Shown here one piece after another: positions 1 to 7,600 of a DNA stretch of 64,000 nucleotides (within the stretch, counting starts at the first letter, position 1; the number at the start of each line of letters is the position of its first letter). Below the pieces are notes generated by a model. That model ran no database searches. It was not told the origin of the DNA and worked only from the letters and a program-made list of their open reading frames with translations. Made by a program: the position numbers and the translations under genes. Source of the DNA: Blastocatellia bacterium. Its GTDB lineage: Bacteria > Acidobacteriota > Blastocatellia > UBA7656. The stretch lies in NCBI GenBank assembly GCA_963765495.1, contig CAVXWP010000013.1:96001-160000 (forward strand), given 5' to 3'.

Positions 1-119
1 CGCCGTTGTCAGACGCAGGTAAGACGGAACGCGCGGGCGCGTCCGGCTGAGGGAATGTCGGCTGAGTAGCATTGTTTCAGTTACGGATTGTGATTTTGCG
101 CTCTCGATACCTTTGACCA

Positions 120-761
120 TCATTTCAATATCTCCCCGGTCTTTGTGTACCATAAGAGCAGGTCGAGTTCGTCGAAGTCTATACCGACGGTCTCGGCGAA
201 AAGCTTCATCTTTTCTTCCAGGCCCAGGTACTTCTTTTTAGTGGAGGGAGGCCTGGGGCTTTCGATAATATTCAATTCCGCGAGCCGGGCAAGTATGTGC
301 TTATCCAGTATCGCATAACCGCGATAGCCCACATTGCGAAGGAAATGGCTCGCTTCCTTGTAGCCCAATCCTCGCACTCCTTTGTTTGCCGCGAAGAAGT
401 CGCGCCGCTCATCCATTGTCTCGAAACTCGATAGCAACCTGCGCATGCGGAGGTCACAAAAGTCGCGCAAATACTCTCGCGTTTCATAGACATAAGCGCC
501 GCGAGCATCAGGCCAGCGATGCGCGTGCCTGAGCGCGCCCTGAATCTCTTCAAGAGACCCTGTTATCAGCACGGGCCGCGCTCGCTCGACCGAACGCAAT
601 CCCATGCGCGCGCTTGCTCCAGCGGTGTAGATGCAGAAGGTCAATTCTTCAAAGAGCCTTTCGTTAGATGCCGAGTCTCTTATCTGTTGAAACTCACTCA
701 GCCTGGCTAGTATCTCTGGGCGTTTCTCCTGATGGATTCGCTTTAGCTCTTCGATTTCCAA
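120..761 (-). CDS. ogg: Thermostable-type 8-oxoguanine DNA glycosylase/AP lyase (OGG2 family, HhH-GPD)
   Basis: HhH motif GLGYKEASHFLRNVG, then ILDKHIL, and a C-terminal WYTKTGEILK ending in the Lys typical of OGG2. Confidence 0.85.
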   Translation of the reverse strand: MEIEELKRIHQEKRPEILARLSEFQQIRDSASNERLFEELTFCIYTAGASARMGLRSVERARPVLITGSLEEIQGALRHAHRWPDARGAYVYETREYLRDFCDLRMRRLLSSFETMDERRDFFAANKGVRGLGYKEASHFLRNVGYRGYAILDKHILARLAELNIIESPRPPSTKKKYLGLEEKMKLFAETVGIDFDELDLLLWYTKTGEILK

Positions 762-797
762 GCCGGTTTGCCCTTTCGGCCTTCTGGTGCTGTTGGC

Positions 798-826
798 ATT
801 CTATGACTGCACACATTGAATGTCAA
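798..826 (-). promoter_or_regulatory. Sigma70-type promoter of ogg
   Basis: Minus strand reads TTGACA-17 bp-TAGAAT, about 35 nt upstream of the start codon. Confidence 0.7.
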
Positions 827-938
827 TAAAGCGATTTTTTGCGCATTAAAAGCGCTGAAAAAATTCTGTGAAACTTGTAAAAAATTGTTAAAGTCCCGAT
901 TTTGCCCATCAATTGCGGAATTTGAGGCACGGGCGGCT

Positions 939-1027
939 AAAAAAAGTTCTAGGCTCGAACGGTGTCCCTGGCCGTTCGAGCCTTACATGTCATCCCTGGC
1001 GGGATGACACGGGATTGGATTGTGGTA
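939..1027 (-). ncRNA. Candidate small RNA with two hairpins and an intrinsic terminator
   Basis: Downstream of TTGAAA-17-TATTAT. It has a 9-bp stem (988-1009) and a 12-bp stem (951-983), followed 5 nt later by a U7 run. No credible ORF. Confidence 0.5.
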
Positions 1028-1033
1028 TCGCAT

Positions 1034-1062
1034 ATAATACTCTCACTATTGATTGATTTCAA
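1034..1062 (-). promoter_or_regulatory. Sigma70-type promoter of the candidate sRNA
   Basis: Minus strand TTGAAA (1062-1057), 17-bp spacer, TATTAT (1039-1034). Confidence 0.55.
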
Positions 1063-1149
1063 CGGGTTAAAAATCGTTCGGGCGATTGCGCTCGTCCTGG
1101 GATGCGTCTCTTCGTGTGATAGAATCAAACGTAGAACCCCGGAAGATCC

Positions 1150-3171
1150 ATGAGGGTAAGAATTATGTGTAAAGTCAAAGTATTTCTGATCCTGGCGCTC
1201 TCATTTTCGCTTGCGCCTGTCGCATCATCCCGACCTCGAAAAATTATCAATATGCCGGTTGCCGCCGGGCAAAAGCCATCCGCCGCAAGGCAGAAGAAAT
1301 CCCGTAAGACCGTAGCTCCGCCTGACCGCTCGCTTCGCTCCCTCAACCGCCTCGCATCGCGTGAAGATTTCAATCGCCTTGCGCGCATATATTACGGCGG
1401 ACGGTTTTATGCCCTCCCTCACCTGATGTTCGCCATAGACCGGCAGGCGCACGACAGGGTCTATTACATAAACTCGAACGCGTTTAAGTTTCACAAGGAT
1501 TTTGTCAACGCTACCTATCTGTCGCTTGAGCGAGGCCGGGCATTTTATGAGAACAACTATCTGAAAAAGGACCGGCGTTTTTTGCTCGGCACGCTGGCCT
1601 ATCAGACGACGGTCGATAAATTCACATTTGAGTTCTGGGAAGGCGACCGCCTGAACTCTGACCTGATGGCCGAAGCCTACCGGGCGCTCAAGGAATCGTT
1701 TTTCGCGCCGCTTTATTTCAAGCCTAATTCGCTGGCTCAGGAAAGCGCCGCAACCGAATTAAACGCGGGCGCGGAGGATTCGGCAAGGATGCCCGTGCTT
1801 ACGGCAAGCGAGCTTGCGCGTGATCGCGCCTATGAACCGCTCAACCTCGGCGAAAGCATTGGCCAGCTTCGCATAATCGATCAGGTGGAGCCGGACACTG
1901 TCATAGACCGCAACCAGATAGTGATTTTCAAAGAGCCGCCCGTGCAACTGACGCCGCTATCGGGCATCATCACGACCGAACCGGCCTCGCCGCTTTCGCA
2001 CGTCAATCTGCTCGCCAAGTCCTGGTCAATACCAAACGCGCATATTAAGGACGCCGATAAACTTTTCAAGCGTCTCGAAGGCAAGTATGTCCGCCTCGAA
2101 GTGCGAGAGAAAGATTTCAGCCTTGAGCCTGCAAATGTGAGCGATGTAGAGAAGCGTCAGCAGCAGTGGGTAAAACGAGGCGATCTTGTGACCCCGCCCG
2201 CCGACCTCGAATACGACCGGATGAGTGACCTGAAAACTCAACGCGCGTCAGATAGTCGGCGGTTCGGAGCCAAGTCGGCCAACCTCGGCGAGATCATAAA
2301 CGCTCACCTTGCGGGCGTAGTCGTGCCGCCCGGCTTTGCGATACCGTTTCATTATTATCAGGAGTTTATTCGCAACAACGATCTGGAAGATCGTATAGCT
2401 CGCGCGGTCGAAGAAGACCGTTTTGTGCACGATCCAAAGTATCGCAAGGAGCGGCTCAGACAGGTGCGGCAATGGATTCAGGAGGGCAAACACGACGAGG
2501 CTTTCGCGGCAAAAGTGCTCGAAAAGGTTCATCGTGAATATCAGGGCAAGGGGCTTTTCGTGCGAAGCTCGACCAATGCAGAAGACCTGCCAAACTTCAG
2601 CGGGGCGGGGCTTTATACGACGGTGCCAAACGTGCGCACCGATCAACAGTTGATGGAGGCGATAAAGACCGTATGGGCTTCGGTGTGGAATTATGAAGCC
2701 TACGAGGCGCGCGAAAGCTTTGGCATGAATCATTTCGGCGTCTATCCGGCGGTGCTCGTTCAGGAAGGCATCAATGCAGACAGCGCGGGCGTTGCGATCA
2801 CTACCGATCCATTTAACCGCAGCAATCGAAGCGCGGTTTATGTAAACGCGAAACGCGGTCTCGGGATAAAAGTCGTCGAAGGCAAGCGTGTCGCCGAACA
2901 GGTGATCTATCGCCCGGATTCAAAGACGATTCAGGTATTGACCCGCTCCGGCGAAGATACGATGCTTGCCTTTGACGAGCACGGCGGTGTGAAAGAGGTA
3001 AGCGTAGATGAGCGCCGCGCGGTGCTGACCGACGAGATGATAAGAAGGCTTTCAAACGCGGCGCTCAAGATCGAGCGAGTCTTTGGCGGACACGATCAGG
3101 ACATCGAGTGGCTTTACCAGAGCGGACAGTTATATATAGTGCAGTCGCGGCCTTACATCGAAGGGAACTGA
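1150..3171 (+). CDS. PEP-utilizing/dikinase-family protein (His-swivel followed by PPDK_N ATP-grasp) with a predicted signal peptide
   Basis: Hydrophobic N-terminus VFLILALSFSLAPVASS; phospho-His motif SPLSHVNLLAKSWSIP; ATP-grasp motifs GAKSANLG, VRSSTNAEDLPNFSGAG, DIEW and IVQSRP. Confidence 0.75.
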   Translation: MRVRIMCKVKVFLILALSFSLAPVASSRPRKIINMPVAAGQKPSAARQKKSRKTVAPPDRSLRSLNRLASREDFNRLARIYYGGRFYALPHLMFAIDRQAHDRVYYINSNAFKFHKDFVNATYLSLERGRAFYENNYLKKDRRFLLGTLAYQTTVDKFTFEFWEGDRLNSDLMAEAYRALKESFFAPLYFKPNSLAQESAATELNAGAEDSARMPVLTASELARDRAYEPLNLGESIGQLRIIDQVEPDTVIDRNQIVIFKEPPVQLTPLSGIITTEPASPLSHVNLLAKSWSIPNAHIKDADKLFKRLEGKYVRLEVREKDFSLEPANVSDVEKRQQQWVKRGDLVTPPADLEYDRMSDLKTQRASDSRRFGAKSANLGEIINAHLAGVVVPPGFAIPFHYYQEFIRNNDLEDRIARAVEEDRFVHDPKYRKERLRQVRQWIQEGKHDEAFAAKVLEKVHREYQGKGLFVRSSTNAEDLPNFSGAGLYTTVPNVRTDQQLMEAIKTVWASVWNYEAYEARESFGMNHFGVYPAVLVQEGINADSAGVAITTDPFNRSNRSAVYVNAKRGLGIKVVEGKRVAEQVIYRPDSKTIQVLTRSGEDTMLAFDEHGGVKEVSVDERRAVLTDEMIRRLSNAALKIERVFGGHDQDIEWLYQSGQLYIVQSRPYIEGN

Positions 3172-3174
3172 CAG

Positions 3175-3268
3175 GTGATGCGTGATGCATGATGCGTGAT
3201 TTTAACGAGCATGGCGGTTGCAAACAAATCGCAAGCCTGACAAATCACGGATCACGCATCACGGATCA
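3175..3268. repeat. Heptamer tandem-repeat hairpin: (GTGATGC)n ... (ATCACGG/C)n
   Basis: Left arm 3175-3200 and complementary right arm 3244-3268, directly after a stop codon. Confidence 0.8.
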
Positions 3269-3301
3269 TTGAGCGTATTACGTATTATTCGAGTTAGAGA
3301 A

Positions 3302-6300
3302 GTGCTTAAAAAAATTCAAATCAGGATAACCTCTCCCGTTGCATCGCTCAGGCGGGCGCGCAGACCTCTGTTTCTACTGCTGCTTGTTACTCTGGTTGCG
3401 GGGACGGCTCGTATGCAGGGGCCTGTTGTCGCGCCGCCTCAGGTCGAAGGCGGCATCATCAGCGGAGTTGCGCAGGATGACAGGAGCGCGCCGCTTGCCG
3501 ATGTAAAGGTTTCCATTTCGTCGAAAGATTTTTCGGCATCCGTGCGTACGCAGGCCGACGGCAAATTCGAATTCCGCAATCTCAAACCGGATACTTATCG
3601 CATCACGGCCGAGGCGGTTGGCTTTCGCAAAGAGAGGACCACCGTAAATATCACACGGCCCGACGAAGCACTAAATCCTGTAATCAAGCTGAGTCCTTCT
3701 TCTTTGCACGTCACGGTCTTTGATGTAAATAACCAGCCACTCGACGGCGTGACCGTAGCCCTCTACACACAGGAGCGGGGAGCGCCGCCGTCGGTTGCTT
3801 CACGCACGACCACAGATGAGAGCGGCGACGCCTATTTTGGCAGACTGTCGCCGGACTCCTATCAGCTTACGGCGGCGCTGCGCGGGTATGAAGAGTATCG
3901 TAACGAGGTCTTTATCTCCTCCGGTATCACTACGGAACTGCCGCTTCAGCTTCTTGTCGCGCCCGTCATACCGATAAATGAAAAATTGACCGAGCGCTTC
4001 AGCGTGCCGAATCTGCCTTCGAAAAACGTTCGCTCGATCTTTCAGGACAGCGAAGGCTGGGTGTGGTTTGGAACCGATAGAGGCATAGCTCGATTCAACG
4101 GCGCGGATTTCAAATCGTCTGCTATGGCCGCTTCTCCGTACGAGCAACTGATAGGCGAAGACGTGCAATCAATAGCCGAAGACCAGCAGGGCACGGTCTG
4201 GCTTGGGACTCCGCGCGGAGTGCGGCGCATCAGCAAGGCAGGGGCGGAGGTTGGAGAGGCTCTGAGCGGGCGCGACGTGCAGGACATCAAGGTCGATTCG
4301 CGCGGCAACGTCTGGCTTGCGACCGCAAGCGGTGTCTTTATGTTTGACGGCAAGGATTTCGTCGCTTTCGGGCAATCCGAAGGACTGCCGTCAAACGATG
4401 TGAGGGCGATTGCCGAAGACAAAAACGGGAAAATCTGGATTGCGACTGCCAACGGCGCGGCTACGATTGACGAAGGCAAGGTGGAGGTCTTCAAACAAGG
4501 GGACGATCTTCGCGGCATATTCGTAGACCGGGCTGGCACGATCTGGTTTGCAACCGCGCGAGGCGTGCAGTTTTATGACGGCAAGCGCGTAAACAATCTG
4601 GATATAGCCGCCTTTAAAACCGCGAGAACTTCGGAGGATGCCGAGAGCGGAGCGCGTGCAATCAGCCAGGACAAACTCGGTCGCATGTGGTTTGCCCTCT
4701 TGAGAGGCGGCGCGCTGATTTACGATCCGGCCCGGCAAGAGTCCCAGCAGATGAGCCTGCTCGACCGCGACCACGTCGCCGTCATCTTTACCGGGCGCGA
4801 AGGAAATGTATGGTTTGGCACCGAAGATGGAGCGGTGCGCGCAGACCTTTACAGCTTTGTCAATTTCACAACCAGCCGGGGCCTTCCCGATAACGACGTC
4901 CGGGCCGTTGTAGAAATGCCGCCCTCCGGCAGCAGCGACATCGAAGGTCGTCTGTGGTTTGCCACCGCCGGAGGCGTGTCGCGCATGGAGGGCGGGCGCT
5001 TCGTGCCCGTAGAGGGATTCCGCCCAAATGTAGAGGTGCGCGCTATAGTCTTTGATCGCGCGGGCGAAGCATGGTTTGCAACCGGGCAGGGCGTCTTTCG
5101 ATCAAGCGGACAGACCCGCACGCAGATAAACGAAGGCAACGGGCTGGCTTCAAACAACGTCCACTATCTGACCCCTGTGACGGGCGGCTCCGCGATGATG
5201 TTTGCAACGGCAAAGGGCGTGAGCGTGTTTAAGAACGGCGAGATACACAGCCTTGAAGGGCTCGCGGGTTATGACGTGCGCCACATCTTCGAAGATGCGG
5301 ACGGACGGCTGTGGTTTGCCACCGCTCGCGGGATTGTAAACTTCAACCCCGCAACCGAAGATGCCAAACTGATAGACACCTCACGCGGACTTGCCGATAA
5401 CGATGCGCGATGGATCACCCGCTTTAACAATCAGTTGCTCGTGGCCACGCGCGCGGGCGTTCAGGTCTACAACGATCAGGATACCAACCGTCCATCATTC
5501 ACAACGCTTGACGGCGAGCCCGCAAACACGCTCTTCGTGGACCGCGACAACTTTCTGTGGATAGGGACCGATGACGGCAAGGTCGAGAAGTTTGCAGCAA
5601 TCGGCGGCTACATGATTCCGCAGGTATATTCGGGAGAGAACTATGCCCTGACGGGCAGCCGCATCAACTCGATCTATGAAGACAGCGAGGGCGAAATTTG
5701 GATTTCGACCGATAAAGGCGCGGTGCGCCATCTGCCGATACGTGTCGCGCCGCTTGCCCGCGTATCGCTTGAAGTAGACGGGCATCCCGATACGCCCTCC
5801 GAGTCAGGGACGTACTCACTTTCCTACGGTCGTCAACGATTGACGTTTCATTTTACGGCCGTCAGCATGAGCGGCGTGAGCATGAACGGCCAGGTGCGTT
5901 ATCTCTACCGCGTAAAATCCGATCAGGGAGAGCGGTGGTCGCTTTTGCCTGTTCAGCCGGGGGTCGAGCGCGAGGTAAACATCTTCAGCCTCGACGCGGG
6001 CACTCATACCTTTGAGCTGATGGCGCTCAACCGCGATCTCTACGGGAAAGACGCACCGGCGGCGGCTCTTTCGATTCGGGTAGGCCAGCCTTTCTGGAAA
6101 CGATGGTGGTTTTATGCTCTGGCGCTCGCGCTCATCGGTATCACCGTGGCTTTTGTAATCACAGCGCGCCGCGCGCGTGAACGCGAATATGTGCTGCCGA
6201 AAGAGTTGCGCTCTTACGTCGCAATCGAACCGAATCCTTATATTGTCGGAAATCCCATCCGCTCGGAAAACATGTTTTATGGCCGCGAGGACGATTTCCG

Positions 6301-7525
6301 CTACGTGCGCACAAAACTGGAAAGCGTCAACCAGGGTGTGATCATCGTCTTTTGCGGAGAGCGGCGAGTGGGCAAAAGCTCGATTCTTTATCAGGTGCTA
6401 AACGGGCGGCTCGGCCCGCGCTTTATCCCCGTCTTCGTTGACATGCAGGAGATGGTCATCGCAAACGACGCGGAGTTCTTTGCGCGCACTTCGCGCCTGA
6501 TAGCCGAAGCCGTCGCTCGCTCCGACGAAATGCTTGAAGCCGAAAAGAGCCAAAGCGAAAGGCTTGAAACCGAAAGGCTTGAAACCGAAAGGCTTGAAAG
6601 CGCCGCTTTGACAGGCGCACCCCGAGCAGGCGCGACTGCTCAAGCAGGCAGCCAGAGGGTTGCCGCAGGACGCGACATTCGCCCGATTGTGCGCGCACCT
6701 GCCTTCGATCAGGGCAATCCTTATCCGGTATTCATAGATTTTCTCGACGATGTGCTTCGAGACATAGGCGACCGCGCCCTGCTCATACTGATAGACGAGT
6801 ACGAGTTGATGGAAGCAAAAGTGGATGAAGGAAAACTCTCGCCCGAACTCTTTACATTCTTAGCCGGGCTTATGGACAACAAAGAGCGGCTGGCTTTTAT
6901 CTTCACCGGCTCGCGCCGTCTGGAAGAGCGCGACAAGAAATACTGGCGCGAATTGCTCCGTCGGTCGCTGTTTCGCAAGGTCGGATTCCTGTCTAAAAAA
7001 GACGCGATCCGATTGATAACCGAGCCTGTCGAGGGCCGGGTAGTTTACGGGCGCGGGGTGATCGAAGAGTTGCACCGGCTGACAGCCGGGCAGCCTTTCT
7101 ATGCGCAGGTTCTGTGCCAGAACACCGTAGATTACCTCAACGAACACGAGCAGAACTGGGTCACTTTAAGCGACCTCAACCACGTTGTCTCAGACATAGT
7201 GGACAATCCCTTACCGCAGATGATCTACATGTGGGACGGGCTGTCGGATGATGAGAAGCTGGCGCTTTCGCTTATGGCCGAGATGCTCCCGGACGGGCGG
7301 ACATTCGCCACGGCTCAGGAGTTGCGCTCATCGGTAAAGTCAAACGAGTATCCGGTCAATTTATCGGAAAACACTATCCGGGTGACGCTTGAAGAATTAT
7401 TCCGCCGCGAGATGGTCGAGAAAGACTCGGCCGACGGCTTCCGTTTCAAGATAGACCTCTTTCGATTGTGGATTCGCCGGTCGCATTCGATCTGGCAGGT
7501 AGTCAAAGAAGTGCGAACGCTTTGA
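3302..7525 (+). CDS. Transmembrane sensor: 2x carboxypeptidase-regulatory-like domains, Reg_prop beta-propellers, Y_Y_Y, TM helix and a cytoplasmic STAND-like P-loop NTPase
   Basis: Repeated 'I.ED..G.lW.gT..G' blades; TM WWFYALALALIGITVAFVI; NPY..G.P....FYGR; Walker A GERRVGKSS; Walker B LILIDEYE; GQP motif. Start moved from the 3218 TTG, which lies inside a repeat hairpin, to the in-frame GTG at 3302. Confidence 0.8.
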   Translation: MLKKIQIRITSPVASLRRARRPLFLLLLVTLVAGTARMQGPVVAPPQVEGGIISGVAQDDRSAPLADVKVSISSKDFSASVRTQADGKFEFRNLKPDTYRITAEAVGFRKERTTVNITRPDEALNPVIKLSPSSLHVTVFDVNNQPLDGVTVALYTQERGAPPSVASRTTTDESGDAYFGRLSPDSYQLTAALRGYEEYRNEVFISSGITTELPLQLLVAPVIPINEKLTERFSVPNLPSKNVRSIFQDSEGWVWFGTDRGIARFNGADFKSSAMAASPYEQLIGEDVQSIAEDQQGTVWLGTPRGVRRISKAGAEVGEALSGRDVQDIKVDSRGNVWLATASGVFMFDGKDFVAFGQSEGLPSNDVRAIAEDKNGKIWIATANGAATIDEGKVEVFKQGDDLRGIFVDRAGTIWFATARGVQFYDGKRVNNLDIAAFKTARTSEDAESGARAISQDKLGRMWFALLRGGALIYDPARQESQQMSLLDRDHVAVIFTGREGNVWFGTEDGAVRADLYSFVNFTTSRGLPDNDVRAVVEMPPSGSSDIEGRLWFATAGGVSRMEGGRFVPVEGFRPNVEVRAIVFDRAGEAWFATGQGVFRSSGQTRTQINEGNGLASNNVHYLTPVTGGSAMMFATAKGVSVFKNGEIHSLEGLAGYDVRHIFEDADGRLWFATARGIVNFNPATEDAKLIDTSRGLADNDARWITRFNNQLLVATRAGVQVYNDQDTNRPSFTTLDGEPANTLFVDRDNFLWIGTDDGKVEKFAAIGGYMIPQVYSGENYALTGSRINSIYEDSEGEIWISTDKGAVRHLPIRVAPLARVSLEVDGHPDTPSESGTYSLSYGRQRLTFHFTAVSMSGVSMNGQVRYLYRVKSDQGERWSLLPVQPGVEREVNIFSLDAGTHTFELMALNRDLYGKDAPAAALSIRVGQPFWKRWWFYALALALIGITVAFVITARRAREREYVLPKELRSYVAIEPNPYIVGNPIRSENMFYGREDDFRYVRTKLESVNQGVIIVFCGERRVGKSSILYQVLNGRLGPRFIPVFVDMQEMVIANDAEFFARTSRLIAEAVARSDEMLEAEKSQSERLETERLETERLESAALTGAPRAGATAQAGSQRVAAGRDIRPIVRAPAFDQGNPYPVFIDFLDDVLRDIGDRALLILIDEYELMEAKVDEGKLSPELFTFLAGLMDNKERLAFIFTGSRRLEERDKKYWRELLRRSLFRKVGFLSKKDAIRLITEPVEGRVVYGRGVIEELHRLTAGQPFYAQVLCQNTVDYLNEHEQNWVTLSDLNHVVSDIVDNPLPQMIYMWDGLSDDEKLALSLMAEMLPDGRTFATAQELRSSVKSNEYPVNLSENTIRVTLEELFRREMVEKDSADGFRFKIDLFRLWIRRSHSIWQVVKEVRTL
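6556..6600 (+). repeat. In-frame 15-bp tandem repeat x3 (ERLET)
   Basis: CGAAAGGCTTGAAAC x3 in a linker between Walker A and Walker B. Confidence 0.9.
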
Positions 7526-7551
7526 GTTGTAAAGCGAAGGTCAATCGGCGC

Positions 7552-7600
7552 AAAATACCAGTTCTTAAAAAATACCAGTTCTTAAAAAATACCAGTTCTT
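7552..7600 (+). repeat. 17-bp tandem repeat x3 abutting the kinase start codon
   Basis: AAAAAATACCAGTTCTT units (first copy 2 nt short) end immediately before ATG 7601. Confidence 0.9.

Noticed and set aside
1-72. Possible 5' end of a minus-strand gene (ATG at 72)
   Set aside because: Only 24 codons are visible; too little to call.
7552-7600. Direct repeats as a mini-CRISPR (also 29756-29801)
   Set aside because: Units are contiguous with no spacers, are only 16-17 bp long, and no cas genes are present.
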